Shown: positions 42,457-52,019 of the stretch, piece by piece
Layout: every line of letters starts with the position of its first letter
Position numbering within the stretch: position 1 is the stretch's first letter
Origin: Candidatus Latescibacterota bacterium
Lineage (GTDB): Bacteria > Latescibacterota > CBDEFO01
Direction of reading: 5' to 3'
Length of the DNA: 64,000 bases
NCBI GenBank assembly: GCA_965237525.1
Contig: CBDEFO010000004.1
Span: 128,001 to 192,000 of the forward strand
Position numbers and translations under genes: made by a program
Notes under the pieces: generated by a model
What the model was told of the DNA's origin: nothing
The model's database searches: none
Seen by the model: the letters and a program-made list of their open reading frames with translations, nothing else

Positions 42457-43221
42457 ATGATAAGACTAAGCCTGACATTTGTGCTACTTTATGCGTCTTT
42501 GGTCTTTCCCCCCGATAAGTCAGTTGCAGAGGAGATATTACGGGGATCGGCCGACGAGTTCGATGCTATAAAGATCCTCCCTCCCGATGACAAGTCCGAC
42601 AAGGAAAGGATAGTCTATGGGGATAACAGAGGCATCATTCACATACTCAAGCGGCAAAAGAGGGGCTATCTGGAGGAATGGAAAAGCAGAGAATTAGGAG
42701 GAGCAATCGGCGAAGTCTTCGTGGAGGATATGGACCTTGATGGTCAATTGGAGATAGTTGTCTATACCAACACAGGCAGGATATATTTCTGGGACCCCAG
42801 GACGCACAGGCTCATCTGGCAGTCTATACAGACCAAGTTCGAATCGATAACCTGTATGGAGATATACAACGTTGACGACGACGATCAGAAAGAATTTATT
42901 TTCATAGCGGATTCCCACCTTTACATATACGATGGTAAGGATCACTTCGAAGAGTGGAGGAGCGATAAGGAATACACAGCAGAAGATATGGTAATAGCCG
43001 ATTTTGATGCAGACGGCCAAGATGAGATAGTCTTAAATACAGGTTTTGTCCTGGACGCTAGATTCCGGGATTTTGAGTGGCGATACAGAGAACCGTTCGG
43101 TGATAGGCTCGGCATGCTGGACATAGACGACGACGGCATTTTAGAACTGATAGGTGAATCTGCAGGACGATTTTTAAGGATCTTTGACCTCGACTTGAAG
43201 AGGGAAAAATTGTTGGATTAA
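42457..43221 (+). CDS. Exported protein with FG-GAP-like D.D.DG..E repeats
   Basis: Signal peptide; DMDLDGQLE, DFDADGQDE and DIDDDGILE repeats. Confidence 0.7.
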   Translation: MIRLSLTFVLLYASLVFPPDKSVAEEILRGSADEFDAIKILPPDDKSDKERIVYGDNRGIIHILKRQKRGYLEEWKSRELGGAIGEVFVEDMDLDGQLEIVVYTNTGRIYFWDPRTHRLIWQSIQTKFESITCMEIYNVDDDDQKEFIFIADSHLYIYDGKDHFEEWRSDKEYTAEDMVIADFDADGQDEIVLNTGFVLDARFRDFEWRYREPFGDRLGMLDIDDDGILELIGESAGRFLRIFDLDLKREKLLD

Positions 43222-43349
43222 GAGCAATACCACTCCAGTGGTGATATGCTGACAATTACATGACAAGAAAAGGTAAGGAGAGCCAAAGTAACACCCCAAA
43301 GGGAATATAAGAACTCCCAAGAATAGGACAATGATACACAGGGAGGAAC

Positions 43350-43562
43350 ATGGAAACGGTAAAAGGTAAGATAAGATTTATTGTTTATCACAATCCCAAA
43401 GAGATATCCGAGATCAACATCAACGGCGAATCCTTGCATTGGGGCAACATAGGAGAGTGGGGGGAAGTGCTGAGAGAGGCACATAACTCCAGCAGAGTCG
43501 TAGAGGTCATCTACGACGGAGAAAAAGCGGATGTCAAGATTATGAAGGTAATTGTACTATAA
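43350..43562 (+). CDS. Small hypothetical protein
   Basis: Strong GGAGG RBS; 70 aa. Confidence 0.55.
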   Translation: METVKGKIRFIVYHNPKEISEININGESLHWGNIGEWGEVLREAHNSSRVVEVIYDGEKADVKIMKVIVL

Positions 43563-43605
43563 GACGGCCAAGGCATAGGCTAAGGCCAAGAAAGAGAGCA
43601 AGACG

Positions 43606-44793
43606 ATGTCAAAAGAGGTCAATGTAGGCCTGGTCGGCTATGCGTTTATGGGCAAGGCACACAGCCATGCCTACAAGGACGTATCCATGTTTTTTGACAT
43701 TGATGCTGTGCCGGTGATGAAAGCTATGTGCGGAAGGACCCGAAGGGCGGTGGCGGAGGCAGCCGAGAAGTTCGGTTGGGAAAGCTACGAGACTTCGTGG
43801 GAAAACCTAATAAAAAGAGACGACATAGACCTTGTGGACATATCGACTCCGGGGGATACTCACAGGGACATAGCTGTAGGGGCGGCTGAGGCTGGAAAGC
43901 ACGTCTTTTGTGAAAAACCGCTTGCAAACAACCTATCTGAGGCAAGAGAGATGCTATCTTCGGTGGAGGAGGCGGGTGTGAAAAACATGGTGGCGTTCAA
44001 CTACAGGCGGATACCTGCCGTGGCACTGGCTAAAAAGCTCATCGATGAAGGGAGAATAGGAAAGATATATCACTGGCGAGCTACATACCTCCAGGACTGG
44101 GTTATGGATCCCGATTTCCCCTTAGTGTGGAGGCTCCAAAAGGAAAAGACCGGATCTGGTCCGCACGCAGATTTGAACGCTCACATTATAGATATATCGC
44201 ACTATCTGGTGGGCGATATATCCGAGGTTGTCGGGATGTCGGAGACGTTTATAAAGGAAAGGCCGCTCCCGGAGGCGACGGACGATGCCCTGAGGGCGTC
44301 CGCTGGGCCTGTCCCCGAAGGATTCAATCGGGGAAGCACAAGGGGAGAGGTCACGGTGGACGATGCCACCTTGTTCTTGGCCAGGTTCGAAAACGGAGCT
44401 TTGGGCTCTTTCGAGGCGACGAGATTTGCGGGAGGGAGGAGAAATTACAACAGGTTCGAGATTAACGGGAGCGCGGGATCTATCGCCTTCAATCTTGAGA
44501 AGATGAACGAGCTTGTGTACTACAACCGCGAAGACGAGGGACATATCCAAGGCTTCAGAGAGATCATGGTCAACGAGAGTGTACATCCCTATATTTCAGC
44601 CTGGTGGCCTCCGGGACATATCATCGGCTGGGAGCACACCTTTGTTCACGAGGTAAAGGACCTGATGGACGCCATAGCCAATGACACTCAAGCCCATCCC
44701 GATTTTGCGGACGGAGTCAAGTGTCAGGCTGTGCTTGAAGCTGTGACTAAATCGGTGGAGGAGAGCAGTTGGATTAAGGTCTCGGAGCTTTAA
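43606..44793 (+). CDS. Gfo/Idh/MocA oxidoreductase
   Basis: GYAFMGKAH, CEKPLA and FNYRR motifs; carries the in-frame 21-bp element. Confidence 0.92.
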   Translation: MSKEVNVGLVGYAFMGKAHSHAYKDVSMFFDIDAVPVMKAMCGRTRRAVAEAAEKFGWESYETSWENLIKRDDIDLVDISTPGDTHRDIAVGAAEAGKHVFCEKPLANNLSEAREMLSSVEEAGVKNMVAFNYRRIPAVALAKKLIDEGRIGKIYHWRATYLQDWVMDPDFPLVWRLQKEKTGSGPHADLNAHIIDISHYLVGDISEVVGMSETFIKERPLPEATDDALRASAGPVPEGFNRGSTRGEVTVDDATLFLARFENGALGSFEATRFAGGRRNYNRFEINGSAGSIAFNLEKMNELVYYNREDEGHIQGFREIMVNESVHPYISAWWPPGHIIGWEHTFVHEVKDLMDAIANDTQAHPDFADGVKCQAVLEAVTKSVEESSWIKVSEL

Positions 44794-44795
44794 AA

Positions 44796-44847
44796 TTGTA
44801 GGGGCTGGGTCCTCTAGCCCTTGGGCGAGGAAACCTCGCCCCTACAA
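44796..44847. repeat. GTAG-family REP doublet
   Basis: TTGTAGGGGC...GGCGAGG-AAA-CCTCGCCCCTACAA. Confidence 0.7.
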
Positions 44848-44877
44848 AGAAATTGCAAAGCAAACGAGGATTGTCAA

Positions 44878-45840
44878 ATGAAACTTGGTGTCTTAACCGC
44901 ACTGTTCGGAGAACGGTCGCTAGAAGAGACTCTGGACTATCTATCTAAAGCGGGTCTGAGCGTGGTCGAATTAGGAACTGGCGGTTATGGGGGAAGTCCG
45001 CACTGCGACCCGGATGAGCTTTTGGGAAACGAGGACAAGCTCAACACTTTCAAGAAGACAATCGAAGACAGTGGATTCGAGATCAGCGCTCTCTCCTGCC
45101 ACGGCAATCCGATCCACCCGAACGAGGCGATAGCCAAAGAGCACCACGATGCCTTTGTGAAGACCTGTCAGTTATCCGAAAAGCTCGGAATCGATAGGAT
45201 TAACGGATTTTCCGGATGTCCGGGAGATTCGGACGACGCCAAGTACCCCAATTGGGTGACCTGTCCCTGGCCACCGGATTTTACAGAGATCGTAAACTGA
45301 CAGTGGGAGGAAAAGGTCATCCCCCACTGGCGCCAAGCGGCCAAGATACTTTCAGATCACGGCGCCAAGATCTGTATAGAGATGCATCCGGGCTTTGTGG
45401 TCTACAACTCAGAGACGCTTTTGAAGCTCAGGAACGAGTGTGGAGATAATATCGGTGCCAACTTCGATCCGAGCCACCTGTTCTGGCAGGGGATGGACCC
45501 CATCGCGTGCATAAGAGAATTAAGAGAGGCGATATTCCACGTGCACGCTAAGGACTGTATGGTCTACGAGGCTAACTCATCGGTCAACGGCGTGTTGGAT
45601 ACTAAACCCTATGGAGATGAGATCAACAGGTCGTGGATATTCAGGACCGTGGGATACGGCCACGGATACGAGTTCTGGAACGACTTTGTGAGCACCCTCA
45701 GGATGGTCGGCTACGACTATGTGATCTCAATCGAACACGAGGACAGCTTGATGTCCGTCAACGAAGGTTTGATGAAGGCGGTGACGTTCCTTCAGGAGGT
45801 CCTCCTCAAGGAGACACCGGGGCCCATGTGGTGGGCGTGA
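44878..45840 (+). pseudogene. Sugar phosphate isomerase/epimerase (AP_endonuc_2) with an internal TGA at 45298-45300
   Basis: SCHGNP, EMHPG, NFDPSH, HVHAKD and SIEHED motifs in one frame; stop at an expected Trp (N*QW). Confidence 0.8.
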
Positions 45841-45936
45841 GTTCTGGTATAATCTCTTATAAGAACGGAATGAGTAAAATAAGGCTTGACTTATCCCCTT
45901 ATTTTCTTTATCTTTGTAGTAACAAAAGGGGAAGTC

Positions 45937-46809
45937 ATGAACCTAATAACAGTCTTTCAAAAGTTTCCAGATCAACAAGCTTGTATCGGCCATTTAGAGC
46001 AAATCCGTTGGCCGGTGATAGCTCTTTGTCCTTTCTGCTCCAGCGATAAAGTAGCACGAAAGGCCGAGGGGGACAAAATTGGCCGCTGGAATTGCCATAA
46101 ATGCACTAACAGCTTTAACGTGCTATCTGGAACCATATTTCAAGGTACCCATATCCCCCTACAGAAATGGTTCCTCGCTATTGCCCTGATGGCCGACGCC
46201 AAGAAAAGCATATCCAGCCACCAGCTTTCACGGGATTTGGACCTGAACCAAAAGACCGCTTGGAGGATGCAACAATGTATCCGCTCCGCCATGACCTCGG
46301 ACGAAGGCGCCTTGCTCCAGGGAATTATCGAGATGGACGAAACCTACGTGGGCGGCAAACCGCGCTACAGAAACGCAGGCAACAAGCGCGGCCGCGGAAC
46401 TAGAAAATCCTCAGTAGTCGGGGCCGTTGAGCGCGGAGGCGAAGTAAAGGCCCAAGTGACCAACGATACCAAGGGCCGGACCCTGCTGGGCTTCATCAAG
46501 CAATCCGTAGAGGTCGCCAAGTCGGCTCTGGTGACGGACGATTACAGCGTCTACCGCAATGCGGGCCGGATGATGCCGCACATAGTCGTAGATCATCGCT
46601 ACGGCTACGTCAATCCTTTGAACCGAGGTATCCACACCAACACCATCGAAGGCTTCTGGGCCCTCATCAAGCGGGCTTGGTACGGCACCCATCATCACTA
46701 CTCCACGCGCTGGATGCCCTTGTTCGTAGGCGAGGCCGCATGGAAGTACAACCGCCGGAATGATCCCGACGGCGGGTTTACTGCGTTTCTGAAGGGGGTT
46801 TTCCGGTAG
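45937..46809 (+). CDS. IS1595-family (ISXO2-like) transposase
   Basis: Zn ribbon CPFC..CHKC; EMDETYVGG, VTDD and HTNTIEGFW motifs. Confidence 0.93.
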   Translation: MNLITVFQKFPDQQACIGHLEQIRWPVIALCPFCSSDKVARKAEGDKIGRWNCHKCTNSFNVLSGTIFQGTHIPLQKWFLAIALMADAKKSISSHQLSRDLDLNQKTAWRMQQCIRSAMTSDEGALLQGIIEMDETYVGGKPRYRNAGNKRGRGTRKSSVVGAVERGGEVKAQVTNDTKGRTLLGFIKQSVEVAKSALVTDDYSVYRNAGRMMPHIVVDHRYGYVNPLNRGIHTNTIEGFWALIKRAWYGTHHHYSTRWMPLFVGEAAWKYNRRNDPDGGFTAFLKGVFR

Positions 46810-46852
46810 CCAACACCGATCCTAACCCTATAAAGAACTGGTGAGGTAAGTT

Positions 46853-49267
46853 TTGAAAAGGAAGGACAGGGACTTTGCAACTGGAAAGCCCGTAGATCTT
46901 CAGAAGCCTGAAGAGCAGGTGCGTCAGGATACGGAAAGATGGCTTATTGAGGAACTTGGGTATATGTTTGAGCAGATTGATATTGAACATAGAATCAGGA
47001 TAGGGTCCAGCTCTCGCAGGGTTGATATAACTGTCTTCAAAACGGGCGAAAAGACGAAGAGGCACCAACACACGGACGTTCTTGGTTTGATTGAAACCAA
47101 ATATGATTCGATGGTTGAGGCCGAAGAACAGTTATGGTCTTATATGGCCGTGTCCACAGGTTGCGAGTGGGGAGTTGCGGCTACGCCGGAAGCGAGGCAA
47201 TTTTATCGAAAGTCAACCGAAGGTAAGATAGAGAGAATACCCGCAATACCTGTTGCTGGTCTTTCTGTTAACGAGGTGGTCAGGCTCAAGAAATCTGAAT
47301 TACAACCTGCACGAAACCTGAAGTTGAGGTTTAGAAGCATTTTGTACCACCTTTATTCAAACACCAACATTCAAAGTAGAACAAGACTGTGTAACGAGAT
47401 GACGAAAATGTTGTTCTGTAAAATATATGATGAGAATTTGGAATCTCCAACGCCTTATTTTCAGGTTTCATCTGGCGCAACGCATGAGGAAGTTAAGGGC
47501 AGCATAGAGAAAAATCTTTGGGCCGGCGTGCTGATGGAACTTTCTACAGCAGGCGTATTTTCAAAGAACGAAAGTATCATATTAGACCCTGATTCAGTAG
47601 CATATGTTGTTGGCGAACTTGAACGCATAAGCCTAAAGAATACCGATTGCGATGCAATCGGTGCGGCTTATGAAGTATTTGCCGAAAAGTATTTTGTCGG
47701 GGAAAAAGGTGAGTTTTTTACCCCTCGGATCGCCGTGAAGCATGCCGTAAAACTTATAAATCCCAATTATGCAGAAAAAATAATTGATCCTGCGTGCGGA
47801 TCGGGCGGTTTTATCATCTACGCCCTTGAACATGTGTGGGATGGGATCATGGCGACAGGGTTGAATAAGAAGAAGGCTAAGGCCCAGGCGCCGCTTCACA
47901 TTTATGGGATCGACAAAGAACCCGATCTGGTAAAAGTCGCTCGTTCCTATATGGCTCTTATTGGAGACGGCCACACTAATATCGTCGATGCGGATTCTTT
48001 AAAACCGATGGAAAAATGGAGCGAACGATCCAGAGTTGTTTTATCGGGTTCTGACGGCTCGCCAAGAAAGTTTGATATTGTCTTAACAAATCCTCCGTTC
48101 GGCGCTGATATAAAGGTGAAGCATTCTTATATTTTGGAAAATTTCGATCTGGGCCACAAATGGGAACGGAATAAAATTTCAGGGGAATGGCAAAAGACTG
48201 GCATGGTAACACCAACGGCTCCCCAGATTTTATTTCTTGAGTTATGTGTGCGACTCCTGAACGCTGGCGGTAGAATGTGCATAGTTTTGCCAGAGAGCGT
48301 GTTGGGGAATCCCACGCAAAGCCATGTCAGACATTGGATTTTGGATAACTTGAAGATTTTGGCTATTTGGGACTGTCCACAGAATCTATTTTTGCCACAT
48401 ACAAACACCAAGACCTGTATTTTGTTTGCCGAAAAGACAAAGACTAAAAATCAGGTAATAATGATGAGTGTTCTTAAGAAGAGCGGTCATGATGCAAGAG
48501 GCGCGGAAGTGCGGTCCGATACTGGGGATCTGGTTGAAGACTTTTCCAAAGCTGCCACTGATTGGGAAAACAGGCCTGCAAAGGATGATGATATCGAAAG
48601 TTGGCAGGGGGAGGTAAGGTTTTTCATAACCGACAAAAGGCTTCTAGATGATGACATTCTTGTCCCTCGGGTCTGTAGAAGAATAGCTGAACAAGGGCCT
48701 AAAACAGTCAAGTTGCGGGATCTGGAAGGACAACAGTTGATAAAAATAAGGACAGTTCCCTGTGATGTGAGGCAAAGCGAATACGAAATCGGTGGTGCCA
48801 TACCGTTCATTAGGACAACGGACTTTGGAAATATGGAATTGCGGCCACCCGTCCATAGGGTAACAAGATGTGTATATGAAAGAAACCGGAACAACCAGGA
48901 TGTTAAGGCCCTGGATATTTTCATCATTAAAGATGGCACATACAGGATAGGCGAATCAGTCATATTATTGGAGGATGACATAGAAGCAGTTCTCCAAGGC
49001 CATTTCTATAAAATAAGGGTTTTAGACGATAATAGGATAAATCCATACTATTTGTATTGGGCTTTAAGAAGATCACACTCAGTCATTCTCGATCTGGTCT
49101 TGGTGCAATCTACATTATCGTCAATAACTATTGATCGACTTCGGGATATCCGAATTCCTTTTATGTCTGAAAAGGTCCAGGAGGAAATAGGAAAAGAGAT
49201 GGAAAGTATACTTTGTGGCCGAAAAGCGTTTCTTAATCAGTACAACGATCTTTCTCACAAAAAGTAA
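46853..49267 (+). CDS. Fused restriction-modification enzyme (HsdR_N-like nuclease + N6-adenine MTase + TRD; Type IIG/IIC-like)
   Basis: PEEQVRQ, RVDI...IETK, GEFFTPR, DPACGSGG and TNPPFG motifs; C-terminal TRD-like IPFIRT..IRIP. Confidence 0.85.
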   Translation: MKRKDRDFATGKPVDLQKPEEQVRQDTERWLIEELGYMFEQIDIEHRIRIGSSSRRVDITVFKTGEKTKRHQHTDVLGLIETKYDSMVEAEEQLWSYMAVSTGCEWGVAATPEARQFYRKSTEGKIERIPAIPVAGLSVNEVVRLKKSELQPARNLKLRFRSILYHLYSNTNIQSRTRLCNEMTKMLFCKIYDENLESPTPYFQVSSGATHEEVKGSIEKNLWAGVLMELSTAGVFSKNESIILDPDSVAYVVGELERISLKNTDCDAIGAAYEVFAEKYFVGEKGEFFTPRIAVKHAVKLINPNYAEKIIDPACGSGGFIIYALEHVWDGIMATGLNKKKAKAQAPLHIYGIDKEPDLVKVARSYMALIGDGHTNIVDADSLKPMEKWSERSRVVLSGSDGSPRKFDIVLTNPPFGADIKVKHSYILENFDLGHKWERNKISGEWQKTGMVTPTAPQILFLELCVRLLNAGGRMCIVLPESVLGNPTQSHVRHWILDNLKILAIWDCPQNLFLPHTNTKTCILFAEKTKTKNQVIMMSVLKKSGHDARGAEVRSDTGDLVEDFSKAATDWENRPAKDDDIESWQGEVRFFITDKRLLDDDILVPRVCRRIAEQGPKTVKLRDLEGQQLIKIRTVPCDVRQSEYEIGGAIPFIRTTDFGNMELRPPVHRVTRCVYERNRNNQDVKALDIFIIKDGTYRIGESVILLEDDIEAVLQGHFYKIRVLDDNRINPYYLYWALRRSHSVILDLVLVQSTLSSITIDRLRDIRIPFMSEKVQEEIGKEMESILCGRKAFLNQYNDLSHKK

Positions 49268-49304
49268 TATATACTGCTATATGGTGGGAAAATCAAGCCT
49301 GATT

Positions 49305-49679
49305 TTACTCATTCCGAATCTCAATACCCTCTTTTTCGGCTTGGGAGACGATGTTGATCTGCTCGGTTTTCCGTGCGTACTCTTCGGGCGTATAGCATAA
49401 AACTTCCAGATTTTCAGGAAGATTCCAGTATCTGCTGACCTCAGCCGACCTTTGAGTAAACTGTATGTTTTGGAATGAGCGTGAGACGAGTATAAGATCG
49501 TAGTCGCTATCTATAAGTTCATCGCCCCTTGCGCGCGATCCGAAGATAATTGCCCTCTGAAGGGGGGACTCCGCGCTAAGTCGCTTCACAAAGCTCTTTA
49601 GGGCTTTCCAATCTATTCCGATCCCCGATTGAATCCTTCGGGGACAGCGCCTGCCTTTTTCAACAGTGTATGAACCCAT
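49305..49679 (-). CDS. Minimal nucleotidyltransferase (MNT antitoxin)
   Basis: FGSRARGD..SDYDL motif; its stop codon lies inside the IS TIR. Confidence 0.88.
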   Translation of the reverse strand: MGSYTVEKGRRCPRRIQSGIGIDWKALKSFVKRLSAESPLQRAIIFGSRARGDELIDSDYDLILVSRSFQNIQFTQRSAEVSRYWNLPENLEVLCYTPEEYARKTEQINIVSQAEKEGIEIRNE

Positions 49680-50035
49680 GCTTTTACCTTCTCGGAAGCT
49701 TCTACCAATGTTCCTATCTTAGCTGTATCGTAATTTTGTTCGGGCACTCCGTTTGCCGCATCTGGATATCGGGAGACAGAATACTCAGGGTTCAACAGCC
49801 TTAAAGAGGAGAGGATATTCTCCGGAGCTTCAAGGGTTTTCCCCAATTCTATCAGATTATGCGTTTTAGGCGGCATCTCTCGTTTGATCTCGATAATAGC
49901 TCCTTTGAGAGCCTTCTCTGCAACCTGATGCGAATAGAACGCCGCTGCGGACAGATGCCCGCTCTCCTTCAGATCCCGGACAGTATCCAGATCTATCTCT
50001 GATTGTTCAAGCCAATTTCGCGCTTCAAGTCTCAA
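49613..50035 (-). CDS. HEPN domain protein
   Basis: F.SHQ.AEKALK, KTHNL and SRYPD motifs. Confidence 0.88.
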   Translation of the reverse strand: MRLEARNWLEQSEIDLDTVRDLKESGHLSAAAFYSHQVAEKALKGAIIEIKREMPPKTHNLIELGKTLEAPENILSSLRLLNPEYSVSRYPDAANGVPEQNYDTAKIGTLVEASEKVKAWVHTLLKKAGAVPEGFNRGSE

Positions 50036-50300
50036 CGTTTGATCCAGCCTTGAGAACTATCAAAGAAAATAGTGGGTAGTCCAATAATAGCTAAAAGCTG
50101 GGCGATTGTCAAGCTGAATATCCGATAGATCAGGGTCATTCAGTCCCCAGTCCAGATTGCTTCGGGGCTTTGACCCTCGCAATGACTCAAGAGCAAAGTA
50201 GGGAATGTAAATTCAAGCCGAAGCACAGAGCAAAGCGAAGGGTCACCGAAGTAATTTCAAGCTTGCCTCTCCGAATCAGAATCCGATCCATATTTTATCC

Positions 50301-50329
50301 TTGCAATTCCGATGACAAAAGCTTATTAT
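50301..50329 (+). promoter_or_regulatory. Sigma70-like promoter of dppA
   Basis: TTGCAA-N17-TATTAT. Confidence 0.5.
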
Positions 50330-50352
50330 AGATAAAGGCAAATGGAGGTTAC

Positions 50353-51951
50353 GTGTCAGCAAGATTCTTGGCTCTACTACTACTTTTCCTTTTGTTCAGC
50401 GGATGCGGCGATACGTTTGACAAGAGTTCTTCGGATGCCTCGGCTGTCCTTGTGTTCGGGAGAGGAGGAGATTCGGTAGGCCTGGACCCGGCTTTGGAGG
50501 ATGACGGAGAATCGCTCAAAGTATGCGACAATATATACGACAATCTGGTTCAGTACAAGGACGAGACGACAGAGGTAGAGCCGGGACTTGCAAAGTCGTG
50601 GGACGTTTCGGATGACGAGCTAAAGTGGGCATTTCACCTCAGAAGTGGAGTCAAATTCCATGACGGAACTAACTTTAACGCCGATGCTGTTGTCTTTTCC
50701 TTAGGACGTCAGTTCTTCAAGGACCATCCTTTTCACAAAGTAGAGGGGACATATAAATATTGGAAGTCCATGGGGATGGATGACATTATCAAGGATATCT
50801 ACGCTACGGACGATTCTACGGTGGTCATCCAACTTTCACAGCAGAACGCAACGTTTCTGCCGAATCTGGCGATGAACTTTTGCGCCATTGTCAGCCCTCT
50901 TGCTGTGAAAAAGTGGGCAAACGACTATTTCAAGCACCCTGTGGGCACCGGACCTTTCAAGTTTGTCGAGTGGGTCAAGGATGAGAGGATAGTGCTGGAG
51001 AGGAATCCCGACTATTGGGGCGATCCTCCGAAATTGGGAAAGCTCATCTTCAAATCAATCCTCGAAAACTCTGTGCGGTTCTTAGAACTCAAGACCGGCT
51101 CTATCGACGGGATGGACAATGTTATCCCCGATTTTGTAGATGACATTAAATCGGATGACAATCTAAAGCTTTTGACTCAATTGGGCATGAACGTCGGCTA
51201 CCTTGCGATGAATATGGAGATGGAGCCCTTCAACGACAGGAGAGTCCGAATAGCGATAAATCACGCCATAAATAAGAAATCCCTGGTAGACAATCTGTAT
51301 CAGGGGCTCGCTATCCCGGCTAAAAATCCCATTCCTCCTCCTCCGGCTATGTGGGGCTATAACGATAGCATCGAAGATTACGCCTACGATCCCCAGATGG
51401 CAAAAAAGCTCCTCTCAGAGGCCGGATTCCCCGAGGGATTCGAGACCGAGCTTTGGGCTATGCCCGTTCCGAGACCCTACATGCCCCAGCCCCAGAAGAT
51501 AGCCCAGGCGCTTCAGGCGGATCTAACGGCTGTAGGAATCGAGGTAAGGATCGTCCGCTATGAATGGGGGACCTATTTAGATAAGGTGGAGAACGGCGAC
51601 CACCAGATGGCCCTGTTGGGATGGACGGGCGACAACGGCGACCCCGACAATTTCCTCTACGTCCTTTTGGACAAAAACGCCGCGGTTAAACCGGCTCAGA
51701 ACATCGCATTCTACAGGAGCGAGGAACTCCACGAGGTTCTGGTCGAAGCGAGGAGGATCACAGATAGAGCAAAAAGGGCGGAGCTTTACAGAAAGGCGCA
51801 GGAGATCGTACACAGTGATGCGCCCTGGGTCCCCTTAGTCCATTCGACCCAGATGGCGGTGTTTAAGAAGTCTGTGGTAGGGTTCAAACTCCATCCGACG
51901 GGGAATAAGATATTTAAGAACGTGTGGTTCGATTCGTCATTGAAGAACTGA
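50353..51951 (+). CDS. dppA: Dipeptide/oligopeptide ABC transporter substrate-binding lipoprotein
   Basis: Lipobox FSGC; LRSGVKFHDG, PVGTGPF, MPVPRPY and GWTGDNGDPDNF motifs. Confidence 0.92.
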   Translation: MSARFLALLLLFLLFSGCGDTFDKSSSDASAVLVFGRGGDSVGLDPALEDDGESLKVCDNIYDNLVQYKDETTEVEPGLAKSWDVSDDELKWAFHLRSGVKFHDGTNFNADAVVFSLGRQFFKDHPFHKVEGTYKYWKSMGMDDIIKDIYATDDSTVVIQLSQQNATFLPNLAMNFCAIVSPLAVKKWANDYFKHPVGTGPFKFVEWVKDERIVLERNPDYWGDPPKLGKLIFKSILENSVRFLELKTGSIDGMDNVIPDFVDDIKSDDNLKLLTQLGMNVGYLAMNMEMEPFNDRRVRIAINHAINKKSLVDNLYQGLAIPAKNPIPPPPAMWGYNDSIEDYAYDPQMAKKLLSEAGFPEGFETELWAMPVPRPYMPQPQKIAQALQADLTAVGIEVRIVRYEWGTYLDKVENGDHQMALLGWTGDNGDPDNFLYVLLDKNAAVKPAQNIAFYRSEELHEVLVEARRITDRAKRAELYRKAQEIVHSDAPWVPLVHSTQMAVFKKSVVGFKLHPTGNKIFKNVWFDSSLKN

Positions 51952-52019
51952 ATGTCCATTCTCATACCCAATGTTGGTATATCAGAGAATTGAAACAACT
52001 CTATTGAAGGAACAAATAA

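Larger units (their letters stand above)
45866..49316 (+). mobile_element. IS1595-family element carrying a passenger restriction-modification gene
   Basis: 25-bp TIRs matching at 23/25: CGGAATGAGTAAAATAAGGCTTGAC (45866-45890) vs reverse complement of 49292-49316; no target duplication seen. Confidence 0.85.

Noticed and set aside
45298..45300. In-frame TGA at expected Trp positions (here and at 5989), suggesting TGA recoding
   Set aside because: TGA terminates many intact genes in the window (e.g. 1300, 23725, 41879, 63686) and TGG is used normally; these are simple TGG-to-TGA changes or errors
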